From a virus (Duplodnaviria; Caudoviricetes): DNA of 64,000 bases. How positions within the stretch are numbered: position 1 is the stretch's first letter; the number at the start of each line of letters is the position of its first letter. A program made the translations under genes and the position numbers. The stretch is from IMG/VR virus record IMGVR_UViG_2706796142_000001, positions 1 through 64,000 of that record; one strand, 5' to 3'. Under the pieces are notes generated by a model that saw only the letters and a program-made list of their open reading frames with translations, was not told the origin of the DNA and ran no database searches. Positions 51,801-60,309 of this stretch are shown in pieces.

Positions 51801-53378
51801 ATCAGGTAGTGCTGACTCAGATACAGCAGAAGTCGCTTCCTGTGCAGCCTGTGGAGCGTTCTGTTGTGCTTCAGCAGCAGCTTGTGCAATCACACTGTCA
51901 GCAACAGGTGAAGCCTGTTCATTGGCCTGAGTCACTGCATCCTGACGGCGTTGGATCAGAGTCTTAGAGGCTTTGGCAGCATTGATAGCAGCCATTGAAC
52001 CAGTAGAAAGAACAGAGCCTGTTTTACCTGCTGCTTGTAAAGCACCAGCAGCACCCATTCCATACAGGCCACCAAGACCAGCTTGCTCACCAACACCTTT
52101 GGTCAGATCCAGATTAGGATCTACAGTGTTCTGCAATCCAATGTTCTGGGCAGTCTGCCCGGTAGCTGATTGCAGAGTTTCTTCCACACCTTCTTTCAGT
52201 GTGTTCTGACCCAGTTGACGAAGGGAAGATACTGCAAACGGGTTGGCTTCAAAGCCAGATGCAATACGTCCAGTCAGTGCAGCAGCCGGGCCTTGAATCA
52301 GAGCAGCCTGAAGACCAGCACTATGAGCCAGTGAAGTACGGGCATCTTCCTGTGACATACCCTGACCACCTTGAGAAACAGGTTTAGTCATCTGTACGAA
52401 ATCAGGAGAGTTTTTGGTTAAGTCAGCAAAAGACATACCAGAAACTTCAGCAGAGTTCTGCTGGTAAGCCCCACCACCTTCCATCAAACCGATACCGGCA
52501 GCGGTAGAACGTTCAGCAGTAGCCAGACGTGACAACGCCGGGATCGCTTCTGAACCAGCTTTGATTGCTTTACCCAGTGGGCCAGCAGCCAGAATAGAAC
52601 CGACACCCTGAGAGATACCATCAGCAACGATCTGCCCTGAGTCAGTAGCATTACTTACTGCATCAATAGCATCACGACCGATACGTTTCAGGCCAGCCAT
52701 AAAGTTGCCATCGTTGCCAATGTCTTTCTGGTACTGAGCTGTGTTGTCACGGTAGTCGAGTGTGTTCTCTGTCTGGTTCAGACGGCGACGAGCATTAAGG
52801 GAATCAGACTCTGAACCAGTAATGGCATCATTGAGACTTTGGATCTGAGAAGAAGCCCACTGGCCTGCTTTGTCATCAACCATTCCCAGACCGAATGCAG
52901 CAATACCACCCAGACCATTTGCCAGACCTTGACCTACACCCAGTGCAGAATCACCCAGCATCTCACCAGTGGATCGAGGATTTACTGCATCGTTACGAGT
53001 CTGAGTTTCTGCCAGTGCTTGTCCGGCAATAATTTTATTCGCATCGGTAGTGCCATATTTGAGCATCAGGCTCAATGGATCCAGATTACGAATATCGGCT
53101 TCTAAACCAGTGGCACTTGCAGCCCCGGCACCTGTTTGTTTACCAACCTGTGCAGAGTAATAGTCAGGCTGTCCAAAGGCAGCAACTTTACCCACAGCAG
53201 CATTAGCAACATCGTCCTGCTTCTGGCTGGAGACTCCTGCTACAGCATTCATAGTCTGTGCAGGTACACCCGTAGAAGAGTCAGGAGCGATATTAGGAAT
53301 GAAACTTTCTGGCGATGCTGGCTGGGATACGTTCCCATTTCCAGCATATTGATTTAACAGGTCGATAGGACTTGCCAT
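42807..53378 (-). CDS. Virion-encapsidated RNA polymerase (N4 gp50-like)
   Basis: 3523 aa; motif A YVEADGMTNG, motif B R..AKNPLTITLYG, motif C VFDGM; no Cys seen on reading (N4 hallmark). Confidence 0.97.
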   Translation of the reverse strand: MASPIDLLNQYAGNGNVSQPASPESFIPNIAPDSSTGVPAQTMNAVAGVSSQKQDDVANAAVGKVAAFGQPDYYSAQVGKQTGAGAASATGLEADIRNLDPLSLMLKYGTTDANKIIAGQALAETQTRNDAVNPRSTGEMLGDSALGVGQGLANGLGGIAAFGLGMVDDKAGQWASSQIQSLNDAITGSESDSLNARRRLNQTENTLDYRDNTAQYQKDIGNDGNFMAGLKRIGRDAIDAVSNATDSGQIVADGISQGVGSILAAGPLGKAIKAGSEAIPALSRLATAERSTAAGIGLMEGGGAYQQNSAEVSGMSFADLTKNSPDFVQMTKPVSQGGQGMSQEDARTSLAHSAGLQAALIQGPAAALTGRIASGFEANPFAVSSLRQLGQNTLKEGVEETLQSATGQTAQNIGLQNTVDPNLDLTKGVGEQAGLGGLYGMGAAGALQAAGKTGSVLSTGSMAAINAAKASKTLIQRRQDAVTQANEQASPVADSVIAQAAAEAQQNAPQAAQEATSAVSESALPDDQKAATNDYINALADTFNFNAEEEAPQMPEAAGRAVQGATNRVQALQQMATFMTDPKNSQQDRMNVMQVLNAYLGQLAAFIQTSPEALDDLPADHPAVQFANGVGDVIANVTNTPSVRRAGKVMDNLVNTAESSGLVQPVTDENIATPEGQQNAQNHIAIAEYAPEKANVDAVDQILKHAQTGQIQLNDTQRAALQTAAALLNSAKAYDAEAAAQGMQPQDVVSAQIKTDETRSAEGTKSALQHAKGIRSAYMAGNLELARNLLVDLQQFAQHMQNKVGALNTHLVTADPNTNSTVNYDALMPDRTWATSSKGLFVNPQNARSVALAKQVGLEAQFVTNMANSLGTAFPELGVRHLENTPLNPLLVQGTPSEIAKAFRDGTRKVDKSVNQSNDSEVVNTSPTPLSDDQISAMSDAELNEQMNDAHDRLRTDGYDAVTNDNFSRMSDEMTNREEAVVTEQDKAENTETTKTAPKEEVTKPEPVKEAVTEPTTVAEVYPSLVQPVAGNKFHEAFKLPKTEKSRISKVSNGFALVSNMIKGNAVAGYDMPRATTQAYGTFLNGARAIAAQMQNQLDTWANKKGKSDLTAGQAFLSGKTKANTYLAGKLLNLTEASADGKISYNPALLQNAILAAMQWTLIANNYTTATDVEGAAKFFGIDESAVTDDMVDLLNSGLSQVEAVSSLAQKIQQYWGVSENNDAPLGYTKGIPLAMAGEIIEAMTDPSVGIFQIQKGRYDIGMGRLLDDGEKSSGAGVKEINRIVAGNPTAQSKFPVELLASDSPVHAAPDAIERSVMVDPEETFHFGGNTLPVTGTQLNNASVQLTAQQKATVKNAQDQPFYFHMPMVNFLTQLGRDNVVDVYGEGDLSSREELLNKNYLETLKGRNLSITAAYDQLQNIVGAATLHSNQNGIPLDQVEHRYAYAMTRVNRLQMLGKQNPQSSKLMREAILPTWSTLDMNQKENRDAFMVAAAQMMDIKIHNQDRDSSVAQVQELFNNQFADSVQAMRDFHESGTLSDDITATLLSDNGGRKLSAMKMQALLEYARLDQATPEERAAFKTPMYVEADGMTNGVINAIALMTTGPFTQNEMDNLGRGGVVIGGDATTTANELRSRGDQVSRDMYQATTDVLSQNISSLRKSLTGDLLKQSSSLQWLMGEFNDDINTDKSGNITDMKRGIAKNPLTITLYGSGSAGIAGKMTKAIADSIYQRMSLAAEAMDQDPSLTLADAMFPGDPAKMAFFQRALSNLTERVAVQKGNKPMTLNERVTQPNPMKSIQEFTLGRDELKNIRDNMETLFVAPMNNAIRTVVGDSVLQSATLVRMATQAQSIVLQDAYMKAVQARLDEKGNVGTEFLSQNDLNEIQKGLVKLAPFIQTGTQNFYVAGSQSSEVANTDFSRTFSDKLRMPATVDAPSDSGVSGIPFINIGMGDGQMVQNTATSPKAPKNNLYVFDGMNMALDRLSQDSTTVNQGVFDSWMNNPIRVVKDSFDQMMKHVADNMPEASRVAFVRSISPEFISEEDAASISDAGIMNMLQELQATLDYSADIIDARHSVLDNHNISVDQMAAVGSPYVVGDKTAVPTTNAEKLDALNKNLAVRLENKRAPVKRTFKPATVEQAKQVETVAAKTPSGAKLMTRYALTNLFRTGTDTQKKMFNFLMRNVGPQNFKVVTGTPEQLIQWNKDNGSELKSEYFNDPSVNGFYSPLDGVIYLVNASPEVVLHEMIHSATMDNLFAHYSGQDMGPLSGVIDEAVERLEESMNQFMQMDKSDMTRDQQRAYNDAYNSISEYIMQDTAKAKTYALNEFMAWTLANQNLETVTRNTPASFLVRIAKDAVRWIKQLAFGRKRFPEQPGEDLFSNVSFNTAVFVRSMPTTLSTHQDTVLMHNSQYGNNPRLQEVIEGFDKTVAQYLNDAPDVLTRAKRDNELNNALMSVVRLQGSVNAHGFPMSMQEGTAYSAMVGALMTQAKIDPASMSRAQELYAHVTKTLKVEDLMNPDAADQDVERYYAQEKYNVLMGNYLTETDTAGRSSLLPSFLALATVNDGLREVLAKLPLPKLDLNGDKTLDAVLENTGTRLINKLSNTMAGERGDSVQAAVDSLTGHILDIAQNRETFFDQYASKAGGFIDRANDYIVQAMDDLSSGLIDKAEKVKNKSNNKYVKALASSAKLIGAIATEKNGAHVADGVMTALNRSRGLQPWFDLVNDMVGRTESNAGVYDMIKAVHALVQQDRQQFRQHLPTVIADKFSRDLTEAEWTLLHKSLGKADLASLGQSLSNDEIHTLISKPSEFKRAVKHLETQLKNADPDNFDLYQAKMQQLAGYMMNGEHGQNLLRNAEAISRLLGEKPAKGFKLKDKQFVAMVDQLTSLYALDMLNLKERYDLSTLVDNEAEGIDFAMAYLKGQQVEEKRKADKSSAAKFNQYKGYIPSENQQGVSLIVASDAEYDRLSKMSYVRVGDYKGSSAEGNRGKHGYYYAPVSGRAVFNQGIMQNIRQTVNGVDVNSGNTVHTMVAGRITDPTEIRNITKRMARGETGEHLLPVYNNKGTVIAYERSLAPQQTARLNKETNLAKMIGVWRGRQVEEIRAGAVNTALVDSLHRMYEKDMVNDPSNKAAYINIMDPRELAKDKVLSDAVSLFTPEVQEHIEDTFGKEFYVRRDMLADAFGYRDASIGDAWTGNSRWNKSALDTAKNVALAMFGNKAYQYATNAERFTQNLVHDARTMIIVKSIIVPVSNALGNVYQLISRGVPIADIARGLPRKLAEIDKYTKSRVRQIEAEAELRAANGDVVKTRKLKAEIQTILDSHSRMSIWPLIQAGEFSAINDASLAGEETALTSGKLYSYLEEKVDKLPKEVRDMGRYALITQDTALFKGLEKAMDYGDFISKAILFDHLTKRQQKTTEYALSRITEEYVNYDRLPGRFRGYMEKTGLLWFYNFKIRSAKVAMSMLRNNPVHALVGAMTPHPTLFGTIGSPITDNMFTVLGDGRMSYSLGIGQALQSPMLNPWVNILAH

Positions 53379-53412
53379 CTCTGGTTCCCTTAATTCGATA
53401 TAAGTTTGAGAG

Positions 53413-53441
53413 AATTTACACTAATAGGGAGGCTGAAACAA
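53413..53441 (-). promoter_or_regulatory. Weak sigma70-like late promoter candidate for vRNAP
   Basis: Minus strand TTGTTT-17 nt-TAAATT just upstream of the start. Confidence 0.4.
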
Positions 53442-53470
53442 GAAAGCCCCATCGCAAGGATAGGGCTTTT
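53441..53470 (-). terminator. Terminator between the gp51-like gene and vRNAP
   Basis: Minus strand AAAGCCCTATCC-TTGC-GATGGGGCTTT-CTTGTTT. Confidence 0.65.
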
Positions 53471-53485
53471 TGAGGTTAAAAGATA

Positions 53486-55564
53486 TTAAGGACGTTGGCT
53501 TAACGCATTCAAATACGCAGCATTTTGAGTAATACGGCTGCGATTCTCTTTCTCGTTCTGAGCACGTCGAGCAGCAGCAGTCAGAACAGCAGCATCATTA
53601 GCCTGCTGTGCTCTTGCACCAGTAGGATCCGCATCCATTGGAATGTTGGACGGATTACCTGCTGTCTGCTGCAAAGCATTTTGATATGCCTGTTGTGCAG
53701 CCTGAGCCTGCTGGGTGTACTGCTGAACCAAAGGAGCCAGAGCAGGTTGGCTACGAACGCGTACCTGCAATTGCTGGAGCTGCTGGAGTGCAGCATCAGC
53801 CTGAGCTTTAGCCTGACTAACAACCTGAGCCTGAGCACGGTTCTGTTGGTTCTGAAGCACCTGTGGGATGAATCCACTGGACTTCATCTTAGTGATATCG
53901 TCACGGACACCAGAGTCATCCAGACGGATACCATTAGCCAAGTTCGGTGTGCTATCTCCATTACCCAGTGGGTTGCCAAGATAACGCATCACCTGACCAA
54001 CAGTACCACTGTCAGACTTACGAACGTTACGGGCCATAATCGCACCAGCAGTGGCTGCGTTATAACCAGTCTGCTGCATAATCTTCTGGATCTCACCAAC
54101 GAGGAAACCATTGTCAGTTCCCTTGAAGTCACCAGAAGAACGCAGCTTACTTGCTACCTGTTGAGTGGTAGAAGTATCGTTCAGACTGTCAGACAGATCA
54201 GCAGCAAGGCCAGTACTGTTCTGAGCCAGACGAGAATTCAGCAGTAACTGAGAGGTGTTCTGAGCTGTGGTGTTATCCCGTTGTACTCCCGGAATACTCT
54301 GTGGATCCGTAGCATCAGGAACACGCTGACCAGTTTCACCCTGAGCAATCATCTGGCGAGCCTGTGACCACGGTACATTTTTAAATGCACCCGGCACATT
54401 GGCACCCGGCAGGTTAGATAACCCTTTCCAAGTCTGAGTCAAATCACCGTTATTACGGTCATTATAAATAGCCTCAGCTACCTTATCTTGGTTCTCCTGA
54501 GTGTTCGGAATGTTCTTCCAATCAGCACCAAACACTTTAGGAGCATAGTCGTTATAGGTTCCAGCAGTGATCTGGTATGCACCAGTTGCTGAGGTTCCCA
54601 TATCTGGCCCAGCACCCACTTTACCTCTGGTGTTAGGGATCAGTGTGTTGTTGCCGAAGTCTACGACTTCGCCCATTGTCATCTGGTCAACAGGTTTGCT
54701 CGGCGTACCGAACTGACCGTTACCATAAACAGTACTTGAAGCTGAACCAGAAGGAGCTGCACCACCTCCACCACCGGGAGCACCACCACCATATAAGCCG
54801 GGGTTAGCAGCACGGAGTAATGCAGTCACAGCAGGATCAGCACCCGGTGAAGAGTTATACTGTTCAATTTTTGCCAGCTTATCTGCCGGGCTGAAAGTAG
54901 AACTGATCAGGTCTTGCTGGATCCGGTTAGCCGTTTCCTGACGACCATAGTTGGTCATGTCTTTGCCAAGTTCAAACTGGCTTGCACTGTTACGCAACTG
55001 CTGACCGGTATCACTCAACTGACGAGTGTTCAGACCAGCATTGTTGTTGTTCAGTGTCTGAGTCTGTTCCGGTGTTAACCGACCCAGTAAAGCCTGATTC
55101 GAGTTAGTGAGTTGATCACCTAATCCACGATTGCCCTGTGCATAAGCAGCATTGATCTGAGCAATAATTGGAGCTGCTGCATCACTGTTAGCATCCAATG
55201 TCTTGGTTCTGTCCAGACCGTAGTTACGGTAATCCAGAGTCGATTGCTGAGTTGCATTGTTCAGCAAGTCAGTAGAGCGAGCACTCAGATCCCGTAATGC
55301 TTCAGGAGTCAGATTGGTTGGATCAATACCCTGAGTAAGAGCACCACTCTGTAAAGCCTGCTGATACGAAGTGGGATCGGTGTAACGCAGAGCATTCTGC
55401 AATACAGCAGCAGTAGTCTGATCCTGTTGAGCTTTACCAAACCCAGCTAATCCCTGAGACAGAGAGTTAGCAGCATTCCCAAACAGAGCAGCCGTATCAC
55501 GGATGCCCTGCTGAGAAGCGGATCCAGAGGGAGCATCAACATTACGCCATGTAAGCTGTGCCAT
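53486..55564 (-). CDS. Virion ejection protein (N4 gp51-like) with lysozyme-like domain
   Basis: MAQLTWRNV start, Cys-free; SATGAYQIT..TY...P.TQ..QDKVA..IY motif. Confidence 0.8.
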   Translation of the reverse strand: MAQLTWRNVDAPSGSASQQGIRDTAALFGNAANSLSQGLAGFGKAQQDQTTAAVLQNALRYTDPTSYQQALQSGALTQGIDPTNLTPEALRDLSARSTDLLNNATQQSTLDYRNYGLDRTKTLDANSDAAAPIIAQINAAYAQGNRGLGDQLTNSNQALLGRLTPEQTQTLNNNNAGLNTRQLSDTGQQLRNSASQFELGKDMTNYGRQETANRIQQDLISSTFSPADKLAKIEQYNSSPGADPAVTALLRAANPGLYGGGAPGGGGGAAPSGSASSTVYGNGQFGTPSKPVDQMTMGEVVDFGNNTLIPNTRGKVGAGPDMGTSATGAYQITAGTYNDYAPKVFGADWKNIPNTQENQDKVAEAIYNDRNNGDLTQTWKGLSNLPGANVPGAFKNVPWSQARQMIAQGETGQRVPDATDPQSIPGVQRDNTTAQNTSQLLLNSRLAQNSTGLAADLSDSLNDTSTTQQVASKLRSSGDFKGTDNGFLVGEIQKIMQQTGYNAATAGAIMARNVRKSDSGTVGQVMRYLGNPLGNGDSTPNLANGIRLDDSGVRDDITKMKSSGFIPQVLQNQQNRAQAQVVSQAKAQADAALQQLQQLQVRVRSQPALAPLVQQYTQQAQAAQQAYQNALQQTAGNPSNIPMDADPTGARAQQANDAAVLTAAARRAQNEKENRSRITQNAAYLNALSQRP

Positions 55565-55573
55565 TATTTTCCC

Positions 55574-56038
55574 TTACTTGGAGAGGCTATTTTTATTGAT
55601 ATAGTCCTGAGTCTGAGCATCATCCCAACCTTCCACTGAAGCACGGGAAGTAGCACGGTCACTCAGAGCAGTATTATATGACTTCATCTGGTTCGCCAGA
55701 TTGGTATCACTCACCTGCTTGGCATAATTAAACTGACTGTTTGCCAGTTTATTGGACTGGAATGCACCCCAGAGATTTCCAATAGATGCCAGACCAGAGA
55801 GGCCCAATTGAGCTGTTGGCAGGTTAAGACCTAAACCCTGTGCTCCATTGCCACCAACACCGTTACCCAGACCGAACGAACTCTGCTGCTGTTGTCCTGT
55901 ATTAAAAAAGGAGTTGTTGTTGGTAGCCAGTGAACCAGTAAAGTCAGTTCCGGCTGTATTCCCCATACCAAAGTCCATACCCTGCAAACTCCCATATGGG
56001 GAAGATTGGTAATTGAAGCCCGTATCAAAGAGACTCAT
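55574..56038 (-). CDS. Virion structural/ejection protein (N4 gp52-like)
   Basis: Gly-rich, Cys-free; synteny. Confidence 0.75.
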   Translation of the reverse strand: MSLFDTGFNYQSSPYGSLQGMDFGMGNTAGTDFTGSLATNNNSFFNTGQQQQSSFGLGNGVGGNGAQGLGLNLPTAQLGLSGLASIGNLWGAFQSNKLANSQFNYAKQVSDTNLANQMKSYNTALSDRATSRASVEGWDDAQTQDYINKNSLSK

Positions 56039-56040
56039 GT

Positions 56041-58719
56041 CTAACCCTCATTCGTTAAATTAGTGCTGGTCGTTACATCGACAAAATTATAAATCAGAGT
56101 ACGTGAGAGTTCAGCAACATCAGAGCCAACCATGAGTGTGCGTTGAATGAACGATGTTGCCGTCTCATATACTACCTGAGAAGCCTCTGTAATTCTCAGT
56201 GGATCAATGACTTCAGTACCGGAACCAAATACATCAGAATATTGCTCGGCAATGGACTTCGCTTTTGCTGTGTAGTCTGCATAAAGCTCTTGGGTTTTAG
56301 CAACAGTTTCCTGTGCAGCAGCCTGCATATATCCAGCATAACCATTACCAGCAGCAACGGTAAGCTGCATGATATTGGCAGCATTTGCCATGCCACCCAG
56401 TGCAGTTACCCCACCAGAGAAACCACCACCAGCATAGATAGTTGCTACCACTGTACCGATCACAGCAAAGACAGCACCAATCTTTTCACCGAACAATTTG
56501 GTGCCAACCAGTTGCAGAAGTTTCAGCAGGATCATTGCTGCTAAGGCATTCAGTATCGTACCAACGATAATCGCTGCCACCCCCGTAAGACCGACAGCCG
56601 TACCCACACCAATAGCAGTCCCCAATAGTCCAGAAGCCGTACCTGCCGTATAGAACGAGACTACGATGATCACAATGATCAGAACTATCTTGAATATGCT
56701 GGATTGATACCACTTCTGTTTCACTACCTGATAGCAGTTAAACACAATGAACATGCAGGCTGTAGCCATCTGAGTGGAATCCACCAGAGACATAGCAGAG
56801 TAGATATCCTGCTGAATTGGGATCACGAACCCCGATTCTTCATCGTCATTAATTGCTGACTTAGCTGAAGTCGATACCGACTTACCACCGTAGATTTTAT
56901 TGTTGTGGTTCAGGCCAGTAGCCTTCATTGCTTTCCATTGGGTCTTTGATACCTGCCAGAACAGGGTAACGCTATCCACAGTAGAGGTGTTCTGTGTGAA
57001 TGGTTCACTACCAGCACCGGTATAGATAACCTCATCGAACACATCAGAGACGCCCACTACGAACCAGAGATCACCCACTTTATGAGTGCTATCATACATG
57101 CCTGAACCAATGACCTCATCAAATGCTGACCAGCTAATCGTCATGTTGTAATTCATGAGACTGTTAGCCTTAATCTGAATAGCTGAAGTCGGCAATGGTG
57201 GAGAGCTGATTACTTTTGGAGGTTTAGTCCTGTTCTTACTGTCCTCGTTACGGTTCGCTTTATACCACTCTTGGTAGGCTTTCTGGCTTGCAATAGCAGC
57301 AGCCATTTGAGTCTGGTAAGCCTCATAATCAGCACCCAGATTCTTATTGATCGCATACAGTGACTCAAAGAATTTATAGAGGTATTTCTTACAGGCATTC
57401 TCTTTAACGTTCAGTGAGACACCAAAGACGCAATAGGCATAGTCAATGTCACCTAAATTATCGTTGGTCTTAACGATATCGATAATCTCGGTGAACTTCT
57501 TATTGGTGGCTTTCTTATATGCCTTGGTTGCCATTGGGTAATAGGCATCAAATCTGTCATCGGTAATCATATCGTTATCGACACGAATAGGGATGAAAGG
57601 AGCGAAGTGAACTTCATGAGCCTCAGTGTTAAACATGGCATCCAGTACAGCGTTACCAGACAGGTGACGGTAGATGAATACCTTGGTTCCATAGAAGGTG
57701 TTGTTCACCACTCGCATAGTATCAGTCCGATACTTACGGTTAATCCGTACCGACTGGTTAGTCGTTACTGTAGTTGTGGTGATTACTACTCCTTCTGGAT
57801 CAGTCTCTGTATCAGTGTCGGTTACAGGGTTGCCTGTAACAACTGACCCGGTTTGGTCTTGATACTGTGTGCTGACAATGCTGACGTATTCTTCAACGCC
57901 ACCAACAGGAATAATGCCTTGATACTCAGTGTCACTGTACACCCCATGGCTTGTTTCATAAGAGGATGAAGTCGGTATTACCACAGTATCAATTTCATCA
58001 GGACGACCATCAGAGTAGGACTTAGTGGTCTTAACAGTCTTGTTCAGAGTCACTGGAGTTGGAGTACTGGTAAACGATTCAGTCTCCCAGTCACTCACAT
58101 CCGGGAAAGGTGCAGTACCCAAATCAATCACCGGGCCGGGAATGAGAGGATCAGAAGATCCTTCACCAGTCAGGGTGTATGAGCAATAGATATACTGACC
58201 ATTCTTGGCAAAGTTGGACGGCACAAATGCATAAAGAGAACCGTCTTCATAGGTGATAACAATCTGTCCTGTGGCTTCATTGAAGTCAGCAATCCAGTCT
58301 GTATCAACCAATTCAGGGTGGTTTTCCAGCATGTACTGATCAGCCCACCAAGTGTAATCACCCAGATCAATAGTGGCATTCTGGACGTTTACCGTTTGGT
58401 CAGATGAATGGGGAATCTGAGCAGCAAGGGTATTGTTGTTCAGGTCATTACCCAGAGCCAATGAGACAGGCTGAACTCCCAACAGGTCATTGTATCCAGA
58501 AGACTCACCCCATTTAATAAAGGATCTGAGCCGGATACCCGGCCCATTTATATAGCTACTCTGGAGAGTGTCAGACAATGACTGAGAGGGATCAGTGTCA
58601 GCAATCAGTTTACCTGTGATTGTCGTCTTCAGATAATCGGGACGGTCATCCTCATCCCCTGCCAGATTGTAGAGGACAGAGGACACATAGGTTTTCTTCT
58701 TACTTCCAAATAATCCCAT
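56041..58719 (-). CDS. Virion structural protein (N4 gp53-like)
   Basis: MGLFGSKKKTYVSS start; C-terminal hydrophobic helices; synteny. Confidence 0.8.
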   Translation of the reverse strand: MGLFGSKKKTYVSSVLYNLAGDEDDRPDYLKTTITGKLIADTDPSQSLSDTLQSSYINGPGIRLRSFIKWGESSGYNDLLGVQPVSLALGNDLNNNTLAAQIPHSSDQTVNVQNATIDLGDYTWWADQYMLENHPELVDTDWIADFNEATGQIVITYEDGSLYAFVPSNFAKNGQYIYCSYTLTGEGSSDPLIPGPVIDLGTAPFPDVSDWETESFTSTPTPVTLNKTVKTTKSYSDGRPDEIDTVVIPTSSSYETSHGVYSDTEYQGIIPVGGVEEYVSIVSTQYQDQTGSVVTGNPVTDTDTETDPEGVVITTTTVTTNQSVRINRKYRTDTMRVVNNTFYGTKVFIYRHLSGNAVLDAMFNTEAHEVHFAPFIPIRVDNDMITDDRFDAYYPMATKAYKKATNKKFTEIIDIVKTNDNLGDIDYAYCVFGVSLNVKENACKKYLYKFFESLYAINKNLGADYEAYQTQMAAAIASQKAYQEWYKANRNEDSKNRTKPPKVISSPPLPTSAIQIKANSLMNYNMTISWSAFDEVIGSGMYDSTHKVGDLWFVVGVSDVFDEVIYTGAGSEPFTQNTSTVDSVTLFWQVSKTQWKAMKATGLNHNNKIYGGKSVSTSAKSAINDDEESGFVIPIQQDIYSAMSLVDSTQMATACMFIVFNCYQVVKQKWYQSSIFKIVLIIVIIVVSFYTAGTASGLLGTAIGVGTAVGLTGVAAIIVGTILNALAAMILLKLLQLVGTKLFGEKIGAVFAVIGTVVATIYAGGGFSGGVTALGGMANAANIMQLTVAAGNGYAGYMQAAAQETVAKTQELYADYTAKAKSIAEQYSDVFGSGTEVIDPLRITEASQVVYETATSFIQRTLMVGSDVAELSRTLIYNFVDVTTSTNLTNEG

Positions 58720-58723
58720 CAGC

Positions 58724-59587
58724 TTAACCCAATTGGTTGTTGGTTTTGATTGTCTGAAGCACGGTGTTGATGCTGTCATTGCTGAAGTTAGTAGGTGCAG
58801 CCAATCCTTCATCAATGGTCTTCATCGTGATCCACGCATTGGTGAACAGGGTAGCCGACTTAACTTCTGCATCACGCTCATAGGAGACGATCTGCTGTTG
58901 GTACAGGGCTTTCTGTTTACCCACTGAACCAGCAACAACAGAGCCGTCAGTACGAGTATCCAAGGTCTGAGCACGCTGGGCTTCTTTCTGCTCAAGTACC
59001 ATCTGGTTCTGGGAACCAAGTAAGGTATTCTGCAAGCCAGCCGCAGCAAGCTGGAGAGGAGCCATACGGTCAAGGTTATAGACAGCCTGTCCATATGCCA
59101 CAGACTCGGTAGCGATCTTCGCCTTAGTCAGTGCATAGGTTGCCTGCTGGGTCAGAGCTTCCATCTTCACAGCAGTGAGCTGAACTTTGGCAGTAACCAA
59201 CTGAACCTTCGCAGTAACGGCACCAATCTGAGCTTGTACAGCAGCCCAATAAGCCTGATCTCGACCCAAGAGGAACTGGGTTGCATTGGACATTGCACCT
59301 GCTACCAGAGCCGTATAGGTCTTACTGTACTCAGCACCAGTGATACGGTTCTTCTCATACTCTTGTTGAAGCTGCACTTTGAAAGCATTCATCAACGAGG
59401 TGAAGGTAGTAACCAGATCAGCATCATCGATTTTATCGACGGGCTTATACAGCTCAGAGTCATCACCACCGGGAATTTCATATTCCGGGCCAGAGATATC
59501 AACGTCTGGGAAGGTGAAATCGACACCATCCATCAGTGCATCAAAGACCGGATTCGCTTCTAATTCTAAGCCGTGGGTAGTTGCCAT
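58724..59587 (-). CDS. Structural protein (N4 gp54-like)
   Basis: GAGG RBS before ATG 59587; RITGAEY, GSVGKQK.LY..Q...Y.RDAE. Confidence 0.8.
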   Translation of the reverse strand: MATTHGLELEANPVFDALMDGVDFTFPDVDISGPEYEIPGGDDSELYKPVDKIDDADLVTTFTSLMNAFKVQLQQEYEKNRITGAEYSKTYTALVAGAMSNATQFLLGRDQAYWAAVQAQIGAVTAKVQLVTAKVQLTAVKMEALTQQATYALTKAKIATESVAYGQAVYNLDRMAPLQLAAAGLQNTLLGSQNQMVLEQKEAQRAQTLDTRTDGSVVAGSVGKQKALYQQQIVSYERDAEVKSATLFTNAWITMKTIDEGLAAPTNFSNDSINTVLQTIKTNNQLG

Positions 59588-59600
59588 CGGTATAACCCTC

Positions 59601-59634
59601 AAATAAAAATGGCCCAATTAAGGGCCATTGTTTT
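59601..59634 (-). terminator. Rho-independent terminator
   Basis: AATGGCCC-TTAATT-GGGCCATT plus T-run on the minus strand. Confidence 0.75.
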
Positions 59635-59645
59635 GTTTCTCAACG

Positions 59646-60242
59646 TTAGTCAATGCTACCAGCAGCAATCTGTGCAGTCTTCAGATCAGCAATCTGTGCA
59701 ACAGTCAGTGGGGGCAGAACAGCAATTGAGAACTCTTTTAGCCAGTTCGATTCTATACGAGGAACACCGGTACGGCGATCTTTAACGCTACGGATGTTCA
59801 GGAACTTACGAGCTTCGAGAGCACGGTAGATACAGTACGGTACGTGGAAACCTTCATCGGTGGCTTCACCATACGGTACGAATTTCTTCACAGTACCCAG
59901 ATGTTCGTTGGCTACAGTGAAAATCTCACCCGGCAGGTTCGCTTTCTTTGGATCCATGCAGGTGATACGAATTCGGATCAGCTTCATCTGTTCGTCATGT
60001 AATTTCTGACGCAGAGTACGCTTCTTGGTGACAGGCTTCTCACCCATAGCAAGAGGGTTCACCTGTGGTTCAACTGCTTCAGCCGGAGCCAGCTTCTCGT
60101 TGATACGATTACGCAGAGTGTCCAGACCGATACTGTTACTGAATTCAATACCCATTGCTTTGGCACGGGATTTCAGTACAGACATTTCATCAACGGTGTT
60201 TTCTTCAGCCCCGTTAGCTTGGCTTTCATCAAGGGTGCTCAT
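59646..60242 (-). CDS. Conserved N4-like late protein (gp55-like)
   Basis: LK.RA..MGI.FS.SIG, RIRITCMDPKK..LPGEIFTVAN. Confidence 0.8.
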   Translation of the reverse strand: MSTLDESQANGAEENTVDEMSVLKSRAKAMGIEFSNSIGLDTLRNRINEKLAPAEAVEPQVNPLAMGEKPVTKKRTLRQKLHDEQMKLIRIRITCMDPKKANLPGEIFTVANEHLGTVKKFVPYGEATDEGFHVPYCIYRALEARKFLNIRSVKDRRTGVPRIESNWLKEFSIAVLPPLTVAQIADLKTAQIAAGSID

Positions 60243-60274
60243 ATAAGCGTGTCCTGTTTTCTTGGTTCAATTGA

Positions 60275-60302
60275 GAGAAGTAGGGGAGGATTTCTCCTCC
60301 CC
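60275..60302 (-). terminator. Terminator after the major capsid gene
   Basis: GGGGAGGA-GAAA-TCCTCCCC-TACTTCT on the minus strand. Confidence 0.6.
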
Positions 60303-60309
60303 ATATTAC

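Noticed and set aside
42954-53357. Many + strand ORFs (up to 265 aa) opposite vRNAP
   Set aside because: Antisense shadows of a long coding frame; no RBS and no coherent protein features
9544-59634. Similar AAGCCC-(C)AATTA-GGGCTT hairpins at 9544, 10002, 10889, 42780 and 59608
   Set aside because: Best explained as a shared terminator style; no spacers or array structure, so not CRISPR or a mobile repeat
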